From assembly GCA_043228905.1 (NCBI GenBank), contig JBHGNT010000014.1, positions 3,286,001-3,350,000 on the forward strand: DNA of 64,000 nt, in the 5' to 3' direction. A model generated the notes under the pieces. The model searched no databases. It was not told the DNA's origin and saw only the letters and a list, made by a program, of their open reading frames with translations. Made by a program: the position numbers and the translations under genes. Positions within the stretch are counted from its first letter, which is position 1, and the number at the start of each line of letters is the position of its first letter. Of the stretch, positions 26,458 to 38,487 are shown piece after piece. The stretch comes from Azolla caroliniana. Taxonomy: Eukaryota; Plantae; Polypodiophyta.

Positions 26458-29400
26458 ATGTCTTCAAAGAGAATTGTGCGCGAGGACTCCAGGTAGGCCT
26501 TTGACAGTGTGGACATTTTTGTAAATATGTTTTGTCGCTCAAGAACTCGATACGCCGTATCGAGTTCCTGTATACAATACAAACTTTATACATGAACTCG
26601 ATATGGCGTATCGAGGTCATATTTTATTTTTTGCTTTTTAAACAGGAACTCGATACGCTGTATCGAGTTCCCGTTTAAAGTTTAGGTTTTAAACAGAACC
26701 TCGTTACGGCGTATCGAGTTCCTGTTTAAAACGTAAACTTTAAATGGGAACTCGATACGCCGTATCGAGTTCTTGTTTAAAAAGCAAAGAAATCACAGGA
26801 ACTCGATACGCCGTATTGAGTTCTCGTTTAAAACCTAGACTTTAAACGGGAACTCGATACGCCGTATCGAGTTCCTGTATAAAAGAAGGCAACAATTAAT
26901 TATTGTGTGGAAAAGATATCAAATTGTCTATCAAAATCAGTCTTTTTTATGTTGACTTGCCTTACTTTTTAAAAAAACATGCCCTAATTATAGGTGTTTT
27001 ATGACCTACTATTTGCTTAAAAGAGTAGAAAATAACCCACAAATTACCTTTATGATAGCAAATTCTCCTCAATATAGGTCTGGAATCTATATAAGTCATA
27101 CCTCCTCTTTAAAAGAATATATAACCCTATTTACTTATTACGATATATATTTTCTAGTTTGAATAGCCCTGCCTAGAATGGATTTTTGTATATAGGACTA
27201 CCATGTACTCTGAATGCATGATTGATATTTTCACTTCACCACTAATCGGTTGCTAGTGAGAACTGTTCTTCATCTTCTTATTTATATTTTAATATACAAC
27301 CTTAATCTACGTGACCACCTAACTTATGTTTTTGCATGTACTTTCTTAAATAGGTCGTTTGAGAACTTGTCGGACCGACCCGTGAAGAAAATAAAGCTTC
27401 GCATACAGGGTTCTCCAATCGAAGCCCAAACCAAGGTAGCTCCTGAGACCATGAAGAGAGGAAAAAAGCTTCTCTTCAACGAGGAGACAAAATCTCAACC
27501 ACACATTGACGTTAGCCAAAAGAAACTTGTCGCCGCTACTGGAGGTGAAGACCTTCTTGACCGTGATCTAACGGACAAGGAATGGTGTATGCAATATGTC
27601 GATTCAAAGAAAAAAGTCGTATTGTATACAACAAAGAAGAAGGGGGAGGGGCAGCTTGGAAAGGAAACCCCATTTATGTATGGCCGTATTCTACGATTTG
27701 ACTACGAAGATGCAGATTCGGCCAACATACTGGTAATGATAGAGTGCTCCAAGGGGGTACGTAAAGTGTTCCTTTCAAAAGATCTTTTAGTAAAGGAATC
27801 TTGTGGGCTAGAAGCGTTCAAAAAAGATCTTGAAAGCACAAAACCTTATTGTTACCTTGAGGCCTTATATACAAGGCCATGTAACTCTAAGAGATGAAGT
27901 GCCCTCCCCATTGAAGGCCACAAAAGGGTATCCAAAGTCCAGTCAAGACCACCAAAGAAGAAGACATCCAAAATGTCGGACACCGATTCAACAAGTGAAA
28001 ACGAAGAGGAGGACAGTAAGGGGACGTCAGGAGCTGAGCTGGCATCGGGTGTTTTGTCATCCGAGCAGAATAAGATAAGGAGAGAGTTAATGCAGCGTAA
28101 ACTGGTCAGGAAAGGGCAAGTGTTTAATTTGCCTATAACACACATCCATCGGCCCCCTATTGATGAAAAAACAGGTCGATGACCACTTGAGATTAGAGAG
28201 CCACACCGCATGCATGTTCAAAATCTCAAGAAAAAAATGAAAATTAATCCTCATGCCACTGTGGTGCCTTTTATTGTTATGGTAGATCCTGAAGAATGTG
28301 AAACCATTGAAAATTTTGATATTAGAAAGCATGATCAATATAATTAATTTGTCATTGGTGGATCGCATTCAGCGGAGGCACGTCGGCAACTTGTGAGAGA
28401 ACATCCAACGACTTTCTTCTTCAAGTATGCCGAGTGCAAAATTTATGTTGGGCTTACAACCGAAGAGGCTAAGCTGTTGGCATGGGACCATAATAATGAT
28501 AATGACTATAGGTAGAAAATGTCGTCCATTGAGTGTATACGGTTCTTCCACCACGAGTATTTGGACGTGAAACAAAAGTTTGGTGTGAAGTTACATCCAG
28601 ACCTACGACGTCAATGTCTGCATGAAGTCGGCATTGTTGTAGATGATAATGTTAAGTCCGATGGTCTTCGAAAATACGAGTCTTGGTTTCAATTGGCATT
28701 TAGAGATGGAGAAGTATGGGACCTACAAGATCAAATCTTCTCAATGTGGGAGAATAAGGAGGTAAAGGGTCAACGACAAAAGAAATGTAAGGTTGACCCT
28801 CAACTAGAGTTAAAGTCACAAGCCGCCAAGAAAATTGACTTGACAATTGAAGAAGCCGCAGACAACATGAAGCTGTCTCTGTGGAGAGCGATGCAAGGTA
28901 TTAAGGACGAGCAACTTCTTGTGTCTGTTTTGTCAAGGGTTGTGGCGAAAGATTTAAGCCTTGAAGAAATGGCCACTGAGTTCAATAAGTAAGTCTTTCA
29001 AATACTGAAATTGTAGTCTATATGGTGTAATTCAAAGTTCTAATCTTGATTTCTAATTTTATAGTCATAAGGTGTACATGAAGATCCAAGAAGTTATGAT
29101 GAAACAACTTGGATGTATAACTTGGGAACAAGTGACCGAGGATTATCCTCTAACATCTTCATATAAGGCGTTACCAGAGTATTTTATTGCATTCAAGGAT
29201 TGGGTTAGTATTGATAGTTTTTCATTACCCTTTCATTATATGTAGAGCTTGTATAATAATACCTGATGTCCTATTGCTTCTATTAGAAACCGTGTCGAGG
29301 CAAGAAACAAGGAGAAGTTAAGGATATACACGATTTCCCTACATCTTCCTTGCACATCTCGAGCGAGCCAGAAAAGAATAGGATCGTCGCTTAGTCAAGG

Positions 29401-30577
29401 CGTATGAAATGGAGGAAGATGGCTCCTTTAAAAAATTTAGCCACAAAAAAGATATTACGAGAGATCTTTACTACAATGTGGTTTGCGGTGATGTCCTCGA
29501 CTTGATCCAAAAGGTGCCAAAGAAGGAATATACACTAATGATTGCAGATATTCCTTACGGATTTCGAATGGCTGGGTCATCATACGACGATGAACCGTTT
29601 AGGTTTAAACAATTGGAGAAGATGGTCAAGGATTTCGCTGAGCTAACGACTGCATCCTTGTGGCGAATAGTTGTCTTTCATAGTATGGACCAAGGATACT
29701 CGGTAGCTTAAGCTTTGAGATCTCGTTGCCATGGCATCGAGAACCTTGCATGGTAAGGATTATTTATAGGTGTCTTTCACTATATTGCATTTTTTAAGGT
29801 TGTTCAATCTATTCTTAACTCGATGTATTATTTTTTATAGGATCAAGACCAATGTAAATAGAGGGCCAACTTTTCGGTTCGTTAATGCCATTGAATACAT
29901 CACGGTTGGCTACTTCGATGAAATTAAGAAACAGAGAATCAAGGAGCATTCTAATGAAGTGGGAGGTTCAAATCTGTTGGTATATCCAGCAGTGACACGG
30001 AAATTGTGACATGTCACCACAACAGAACGGGGACTTGTCAACCCATATCAAAAACCTCAACGACTTATGATGCGCTTGATCGAGATGTTTTCTATCGAAG
30101 GAGACTTGATATTAGATCTCTTTTCTGGCATAGGTATTCCTCGAACTAGGGTAACGATCTTGAGATAACCAATCCCGAATCTTTTTTGTTTGACAACTAA
30201 ATCTTCTTGTTACTTACATCATAGGAACGACGTCTGCATGTGCATTGAAGCTCTTTAGAAATACAGTTGCATTGGAGAAGGACGAGGACCAAGTTATATT
30301 TATTAATATGCGGATTAAGGTTTTGTGGGAGTGCCTAGACCAGAATGAGGAGGTCGGTGCAAAGAACCTCGCTAATACAGAAAGGTTTCAACCTGCTTCG
30401 CGAGAGCCTATTCCTCCGTTAGCCGGCGAACCGGGGGAGCTAATAGAGCTTGACGATGAGCTTATCGAAGATATTTTGTTGGCTCGGCTAACAGGGGAAG
30501 CCAATGCACGTATAGCCGAAGAGAGTTCTACACAAGATGATGCTGAAAATGACGTTGATGAATTGATTGCTATGTAA
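26458..30577 (+). pseudogene. Six-exon ParB/Srx-like domain + beta-class N6-adenine/N4-cytosine DNA methyltransferase gene (this copy has stops and one frameshift)
   Basis: Predicted exons 26458-26492, 27354-28988, 29065-29203, 29287-29752, 29841-30133 and 30225-30577, all GT-AG; motifs PFIVMVD...FVIGGSHSAEARRQL, CGDVLDLI...LMIADIPYG, WIK...EYI, NPYQKPQRLMMRLIEMFSIEGDLILDLFSGIGTTSACALKLFRNTVALEKD. Confidence 0.88.
26543..26874. repeat. Array of seven 25-bp palindromes GAACTCGATACG-S-CGTATCGAGTTC, period 51-52 bp, in intron 1 of the cargo gene
   Basis: Copies start at 26543, 26594, 26646, 26697, 26748, 26799 and 26850; AT-rich 26-27 bp linkers. Confidence 0.93.
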
Positions 30578-30970
30578 TAGACTCTATGAAGAAAATGACA
30601 CTAACGATTTGTTAGGATTTCACATTATTAATACAAATTTTGGGTTTTACCTAGTGGATTCTATTCTTTATAATCTTCTATATGTTTCAATTTTATTTTT
30701 ATATACTTGGTTAGTAGATTTATGACATTGGTTTCACCGCGTGCATAACTGACTACCAAATTTATGGAGAAACATGAATTAGTTTAAATTGAGGCTGATT
30801 TTGGTCCAAGCTAACCTTAACAGAACATGGCCCTACAATTGTTGCCATGACTGTCCATGTTGTTATTATGGATCTTTGTCTTCTATTGTTAAAACTATTA
30901 TGTTTCTATTCCATTGCTGCTTAGATTGTGTAGTGTGTTGATAATGGTTCCAGTTGCGTTATCGTTCGGA

Positions 30971-31245
30971 GTTTGATCCTGTGTGAATCACCTAAGCAAT
31001 AGAGTAGATCAATTTTAAATACAGGTATGAAAGCCTAATAGGTTTGCTATTTCCACGACATTATCCTAAAGTTCACTGCCTTACATTGTCCACAATTATA
31101 TACATATGGTTTGATCCCATATGAACAAACTGAGGAATAGATTAGATCAACTTTAAATACAAGTATTGAATACTTTAATAAGTTAGTTATTCCAATCACT
31201 TATCCTAATGTGCACTATCCTACATTTTCCACAATCACATACATG
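30971..31245. repeat. Degenerate ~139-bp subterminal tandem duplication in E5
   Basis: gtttgatcc...tagatcaa.tttaaataca...ttatcctaa...ccacaat..atacat occurs twice. Confidence 0.65.
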
Positions 31246-34200
31246 CACGTATGGGTCAAAGTATAAATTATAACTCATTTTATTAGTATGGATACAAGTA
31301 CACCTGATATTTTTGTAAAACTTACCTAATTAATATAAGTCTTTAAGTTAGTGTTTCCCTTGTCGCATAATAGTGACATATTGAGCCATTGTTGAACTTT
31401 ATTATGCCTACATTAACTTATCAACGCGTCTAAACTTGCATGATTTCTAATGATCTCCACTCGTAGACCTATCATGTATTTTTATATTTGCAAATTCTCA
31501 TCAAGTTGACGAACATGTGATACTAGTGCATCCAATTTTTGTAGAGAGGGTGTATTTGCTTTGTTTTAAGAAGATTCTACAAGTGGAATGCGCAATCCTT
31601 CCACTTGTGAACGTGAACGTGTTCCTAGATCTATACATCTCATTAGTGGTTCCATTCCCTCCAAGCAAGTTAGCAATGTGTTCTTAGCCCAAGTCATGGT
31701 TAGTACTAAAAGTACTCCTCTAGTACACGTCCTAGAACTTTTAGATTCCGGAGCCAATTCCTGTTTCATGGATCGAAATTTTGCCCAAGCTTCTTAGATA
31801 TCCTTAAGTAAACTTCCTTGCCCCGCATTTGTAGTAGTCATTGATGGTCGTCCCATTGCTTCCGGGAATATAGTAGAAGAGTCAGAACCCATTCAGGTTG
31901 TCCTAGGTAGTTTTGTGAGTGTGTATCATTTAATATAATTAGTAGTCCAGAGCATCCCATTGTCCTGGGATTATTACGTTGGTTTGAATTACATAATCTA
32001 GACATAGACTGGAGAACAAGAGAAGTTCGGTATCGACAACCCCAGGAATCTACTCATCGAGTTTCGACCATTTCACTCCATCAATTACGTGAAGAAGGAC
32101 ACAAGGAGGCAATGTTTCTATTTGCAATATTAGTACATCCTTCCAACAATATTAGGAAGGAATCCTTAGTGTAACTTTTGGCGAAATATCATCCTTATGC
32201 CGATGTATTTGACAAGGTAAAAGCCGGTACTCTTCCTCATCGTTGTCCCTACGATTGTCCCTGCGATTTACAAGCAGGAACAGAGCCACCATGGGGACCA
32301 ATTTACAACTTGTGACCAACCGAGTTAGAAGTTCTTCGAGCCTACATAGAGGAGAACTTGGCAAGCGGGTTAATTCGTCATTCAAAATCTCCGGCCGGTG
32401 CACCCATCTTCTTTGTCAAGAAGAAAGATGGATCACTTTGTCTCATCGTTGATTACCGCAGCTTGAATAAGGTCACCATCAGGAATAGGTATGCACTTCC
32501 TCTTATATCAAGTCTTTTAGAGCGAGTAAATGGTGCCAAGTTTTTTATAAAAATCGATCTACGAGGAGCGTATAACCTCGTGCGGATCCGACTGGGAGAC
32601 GAATGGAAGACCGTCTTTCGCATGCGGTATGGGCATTTCGAGTATACCATTATGCCGTTCGGTCTAACCAATGTGTCCACAGTCTTCCATCACATGGCAA
32701 ATGATATATTCAGAGACCTCTTGGATATCTGTTTGATCATCTATCTAGACCCAGGAAGAGCATGATTCTCATGTACTATTAGTATTGAAACGACTCCGAG
32801 AGAATGGTCTTTATGCCAAACTAGAAAAATGTAGCTTTGACTGCAAGCAAGTGGAATTTCTAGGTTACGTCATCTCCTCAAAGGGCATCTCCATGGATCC
32901 GGCTAAACTCAAAACTGTGCTAGAATGGCAAACTCCACGTTCGTTACGAGATGTACAATGTTTCCTAGGTTTTGCTAACTTCTACCGCAAGTTTATTCAA
33001 GATTACTCGAAGATTATTTTACCTCTCACACAGCTTACGAAGAAGGGACAAGCATTTCTTTGGTCCAATGAAGCGGGCATGGCTTTTAGGCATCTTAAGA
33101 AAGCCTTTACATCAGCTCCTATTCTAGCTCATGTGGATACAAACAAACCATTCATCATGGAGGTCGACGCATCGGATTTCGCCCTCGGAAGCATCCTTTC
33201 TCAACAAGGAGATAAAGAAGAGTTACATCCTGTGGTTTTCCATTCGCGCAAATTTGATGCAGCGGAAATCAACTACAAGATACATGACAAGGAGTTATTA
33301 GCCATCGTGGATTCATTTGTGCAATGAAGACACTTCTTAGATGGCTCTCCACATCAGGTCATTGTCTTCAGTGATCACAAAAATCTTGCTTATTTCTAGA
33401 ACGCTCGTGTACTAAATCGATGGCAAGCTCGATGGGCCCAATTCCTCACACGTTTTGACTTCAAAATCACATATCGACCAGGGAAGCAGCAACGAAAAGT
33501 AGATGCACTATCGCGGCATTCATATCTTGCACCTCGTCCTGGTGATCTAGTGTTTGATAATCAAAAGCATGTAATCTTGGGACCAATACGTTTGCACACA
33601 ACGCAGATTTTTCACACTCCACTAGATTCCCGGATTATCGATGCCATACGTGCTAACTTGAAGATGGACAGTTTTGCTCAAGCCATTCTAGCGCACATTG
33701 ATACCTCTTGGGCATCTTGTTCCTAGTCTCAACAACTAGGTATGGACTACCGACAATTCGAATATCATGATGGTTTATTGTTCTTTAAAAAGCTCGTATA
33801 TGTTCCTGATTGCTCCTGTCGCCTTCAAATTGTCCAAAATTGTCACGACATCCATACAATGGGACATTTCGGTAGTACAAAGACGTTGGATCTAGTTCAA
33901 AGATATTTTTGGTGGCCCCATATGCGACGTTTTGTCGACAACTACGTTCGGACCTGTGATGGTTGCTGCCGAGCAAAGATGCCACAACATCATCCATATG
34001 GCTTGTTGGAACCCTTACCGATTCCAAGTAAGACGTGGCAGTCTATTTGTCTTGATTTTATCACAGATCTGCCAGTCTCGAAGGGTTTTGATGCTATCTT
34101 AACTGTCATTGATTGATATAATAAGATGGCACATTTTGTGCCATGTACTAAGGCCATCACTAGTGAGGAAATCGCCGCCCTTGTCATGTGTGAGGTATTT

Positions 34201-35081
34201 CGGCATCATGGCCTCCCAGATAGTATCATCAATGACCGAAGACCTCAATTCATCTCCAAATTTTGGAAGCATCTCTTCAAGATGCTCAAGGTCTCTTGTA
34301 ACCTCTCCTCCGGCTACCATCCCTAGACCGATGGGCAGATGGAACGAACAAATCAAACGTTGGAACAATACCTCTAGTGTTTTCTGAGTTATCAGTAGGA
34401 CGATTGGGTTGATATTCTCCACTTTACGGAGTTTTCTTATAATAACGCTATTCACTCCTCGACTCGGGTCTCCCCATTTTACGCTTATATTGGTTCTTAT
34501 CCTCGCTGGTCTGTGATCGACACCCCAGAGCTACCTACCAATCCTCGTGCCGAGGATCATTTGGAGAGGCTACGCAATATCCAGATAGATCTCTCTACTC
34601 ATCTTTGTCATGCTCAACACACACAGAAGACTTATGCGGATCGTCATCGGCTTCCCTCCTCTTTTTCCATCGGAGATCGAGTATGGCTCTTACATCGTCA
34701 CATCAAGATTACTCGATCGTGCGACAAGTTGGATTATTGACGATTCGGTCCTTTCCGTATTACTCGATGTCACATTCCGCCTTGATCTTCCTCCACATCT
34801 TCAGATACATCCAGTCTTCCATAGTTCTCTTCTTGAACCTTATAAAGCAAACACTATTCCCGATCGTGTTACACCACCGCCGCCCCCGCTTGAGTTAGAC
34901 GCTGGCCCGGAGTATGAAGTTGCTACCGTCCTCGACTCCAAATGCGAACGTACTTGGGAACCCATCGAGCACATCGCCAATGCTTAGGATCTTCTTGCTG
35001 ATTTCCACCGACAGTATCTGGACAAACCCGGTCCTCAATCAACACCGACTCGTTACACTCGTCATCTTAAGGTGGGGATAG

Positions 35082-35373
35082 TGTCATGATATGGCAAGAC
35101 TCGAACCCATGACCTTATGTTATATGGGTCGAGCTCTTGACCATTATACCATCTATTATAATACATAGGATATTATTTTCATTTAAGTTTTATTATAGGA
35201 AATTAATGTATATTCCAGATTTCTCTAGAACATTCTAGAAGCTTCAAGACTCCTCCTGAGAACACTATAAAAGTAGGCACAAGGCATTATGTTGAACCAA
35301 ATCGGTTCAACGCCAGTCTTAAGCCTCATAGCCATTTTGTACTTACTCTTCATGTAATATATCATCTGCTATC

Positions 35374-35417
<44 letters not shown>

Positions 35418-35506
35418 GAGTCTTACACAATCCCGTCCTCTTAGTACTAATAGTACTTCCCTTCTCCAGTACTAATTCTCTCTATGTTTTAGTACTATTC
35501 CTGACA
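35082..35506 (+). repeat. E4 3' LTR
   Basis: Follows PPT aaggtggggatag; tgtcatgatatggc...cctgaca; (CT)n tract. Confidence 0.92.
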
Positions 35507-38077
35507 CCCCTTGCCTTTAATTCCAACACTTCCTTATCGACTTCGAACCGAGCGTATTTTCTCCAAAATCGACCTTCAGGGAGCCTACAATCTGGTGCGT
35601 ATCAAGCCAGGAGACGAGTGGAAAACAACCTTCCAAACACGCTATGGAGATTTCGAGTACAAGGTGATGCCTTTTGGTGTCACCAACGCCCTTGTGGTCT
35701 TTTAGCACATGATGAACAATATATTTCGGGGGTATCTTGATCACTTCTAACATTTTAGTTTTTTCTTCTAACATAGAGGAGCACACCTAACACGTCTGAT
35801 TGGTCCTATCCAAACTTCGGGAACATGGACTTTATGCCAAAAGTGAGAAATGTGAATTTGATCGGACCTTTGTCGAATTTCTAGGCTACGTGATTTCACC
35901 CTCCGGGATCACAATGGATGCACGCAAGGTAGCAGCAATCACCGATTGGCCTGTCCCTACTCAGTTGAAAGAGGTACAATCATTTCTTGGTTTTGCAAAT
36001 TACTATCGATGATTTATCAATGGTTTTTCGTCTTTAGTACAACCTCTAATCATCCTTACAAGAAAAGATACTTCCTTTCTTTGGACCTCTGCGGCGCAAT
36101 GTGCTTTTGATGCCCTCAAGGCAGCTTTTCTCACAGCCCCAGTGTTGGTCCACCCCGACCCACAAGGCCCTTCCAAGTTGAAACCAATGCCTCTGACTTT
36201 GCCAATTGGAGCTGCCTTGTCCCAACTTGACGAAGAGGGCACACTACTTCCTGTTGCCTTCCACTCTTGGAAGTTTACCACCCCCCAAATCAATTATCCA
36301 GTCTACGACAAGGAGTTGAGAACAATTGTATCTGCCTTCACTGAACGGCGACCCTATTTGGCCGGGGCCCAACATCGCATCCAGGTGTTGACCGACCACA
36401 AAAATCTAATTTACTTTACCACCAGTCGTACATTGAATTGGAGGCAAGCCCGATGGTCATCTTTTCTCGCCGACTACGACTTTGAGATCTTGTTTCGACC
36501 CGGAGTTCAACATGGGAAAGCTAATGCCCTCTCTCGGCGACCTGATTTTGCATTGCACCTAGAAGATGATGCATATTCACAACAATCCCATTGTTTGTTG
36601 CGGCCCGATCAACTTCAGATGTTCGCCACCTGCATTTTACATGATGATTCTTTGCTCAACGAGATCGCCACGGCAACCGTGTCAGACCCATTCGCCAAAA
36701 AAATCATGGGCCGCATTAATGACCCATCTCCGGACATGAAAAACTCATATCTCAACCAATTTACAACCCGGGATGGGTTACTATATCGTAATCATCTCTT
36801 GTACCTTCCCGAAGGATCATGTCGTACACGGGTTCTACAAAACTGTCATGATGATCCTCTTGCCAACCACTTTGGGTTACGAAAACCCTGGAATTGCTGT
36901 CTCGAGGGTTTTGGTGGCCCCAACCTTGGAAATTTGTCAAGGAATTTATCAAGACATGTGATGCATATGTGCTGGGTCCAAAACGCCTCACCATCGGCCA
37001 TATGGTCTTCTCCACCCGCTCCCCATTGCACATCGACCATGGGTCTCTCTATCCATGGACTTTATCACCGACCTCCCTCTGGTTGGTGGACATGACATGA
37101 TGCTAGTCATTGTCGATCGGTTTTCGAAGATGGCTCACTTTGTTCCATGTTCCAAAACCATTTCCGGGGAATATCACCTCTGATCAAGGTTCATAGTTAA
37201 TTTCCCACTTTTGGCAATGACTTCTACAAACATTCGGGACTTCTGTCAACTTGTCCTCAGCATACCATCCTCAAACTGATGGACAAACGGAGCGAGTCAA
37301 CCAAATCCTCGAACAATACATTTGGTGTACCGTGAGCTACCAACAGGAGGATTGGGTGAACTTACTTGCAATGGCGGAATTTGCTTACAATAATAGTATC
37401 CATGCTTCGACTAAGGTTTCCCCCTCCTTTGCAAACTATGGATTTCACCCTCGTTTCAGCATTTTCATACCTGCAACTTCGGTCAATCCTTCGGCAGAGA
37501 CGCATGCTTGTGCTTTACGCGATGTCCATCGTGACCTCTCCTTGGAGCTCTGTGTTGCTGGTGATCACTATAAAGATCAAGTGGACCGACATCGCTTAGC
37601 TGCACCGACGTTTGCAATCAGGGACATGGTTTGGTTGTTATGTTGTCACATCACCACCACATGTCCTTGTGCAAAATTGGACTACAAAAGACTAGGTTCC
37701 TTTCATATCATTGAGCGGATCAACCTAGTCGCCTTTCGTTTAGCACTTCCCCCAACATTTAGGATTCACCATGTTTTTCACGTTTCCCTCCTTAAATTCT
37801 ACCATCCTTCTCGAATTCCAGGACGACACCCTCCTCCACCGCCACCTGTGGAATTGTCGACGGGTGAAGAATATGAGGTTGACCAAATCCTCGACTCTCG
37901 ATATCATCGTCAATAGCTCCAATATTTGGCCTTATGGAAATGTTACCCCATTTCGGATGCCACACGGGAACCAGTTGCAAATTTACAAAATGCTTCGGAG
38001 GCCATTCGTGATTTTCATCAACGATACCCACATAAGCCAACCGCGAGTTCTGAGAGGCGGCCTTAGAGGGAGGATAA

Positions 38078-38487
38078 TGTCATAGACATGATGGAATGTA
38101 GAGGGTTGAACCCATGACCTCTTGGTCTTATTGAGTAACCTTACCAATTTAGCTACATTCCATCTTATAAGTTTCAACTTATTACATTGTAAGTTAACCA
38201 CTAGAACTTTCAAGAAACTTCGAGAGAATGCATAGACATACACTCTCTAGAAGTTTCCATGCATTCTCTAGATGTTTCCTAGCTTACATGCATACCACCT
38301 TCTTCTCGGTGCACCTTGATTACAATCAAGGTGAACAACACTAGTTACGGAAGCATAATTTAGTTCTTGCTCTTTTCTCTACCCTCTCTCTCTCTCTTGT
38401 TCTCTTGTCTATGATCCTCTCTATCTATATATCTATCTTTCTCTCTTTCTTAATATTGAGCTCGCCTACTTGTCTACGTCCGTGACA
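38078..38487 (+). repeat. E3 3' LTR
   Basis: tgtcatagac...ccgtgaca; similar to 6235-6638. Confidence 0.88.
38092..38161 (-). other. tRNA-like / Pol III A-box and B-box module inside the E3 LTR (not a canonical tRNA gene)
   Basis: Minus strand GGAATGTAGCTAAATTGGTAAGG...GAGGTCATGGGTTCAACCCTCTACATTCCA, with paired ends. Confidence 0.6.

Larger units (their letters stand above)
10121..31623. mobile_element. E5: TIR DNA transposon (Sola-like), ~9.1 kb without nested E6, with transposase and ParB-like/amino-methyltransferase cargo gene
   Basis: 35-bp TIRs aacacgttcgcgttcacaagtggaaggatcgcaca (10121-10155) and tgcgcaatccttccacttgtgaacgtgaacgtgtt (31589-31623), 32/35 match; 4-bp TSD ccta; removing it restores E4 sequence ggacagccctagat, as in the uninterrupted relative near 49430. 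Confidence 0.9.
8679..35506 (+). mobile_element. E4: Tcn1-like Ty3/Gypsy chromovirus, split between gag and protease by DNA transposon E5
   Basis: LTRs 8708-9116 (with extra LTR start at 8679) and 35082-35506; TSD cccct at 8674-8678 and 35507-35511; gag ~9188-10100; LLDSGAN protease ~31740, RT 32358, RNase H 32785, integrase 33742 onward. Confidence 0.9.
6235..38487 (+). mobile_element. E3: Tcn1-like Ty3/Gypsy chromovirus, split in RT by E4
   Basis: 5' LTR ~6235-6638 (5'-truncated) matches 3' LTR 38078-38487; gag 6666-7748; protease LLDSGAS in ORF 7754-8413; RT 8414-8678 resumes at 35512 (RNRYP|LPLIP); RNase H, integrase and chromodomain remnants to ~38030; PPT agagggaggataa. Confidence 0.88.

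Noticed and set aside
26543-26874. CRISPR array (regularly spaced palindromic repeats)
   Set aside because: Linkers are AT-rich and related to each other, units flip orientation, there are no cas genes, and the array lies in a predicted spliceosomal intron of a eukaryotic transposon
26458-30577. Bacterial contamination or an ordinary host gene as the source of the MTase
   Set aside because: It has GT-AG introns and lies between TIRs with a TSD, inside nested plant retrotransposons
38092-38161. Functional tRNA gene
   Set aside because: No convincing anticodon or T stem pairing, and it is part of an LTR; kept only as a tRNA-like module
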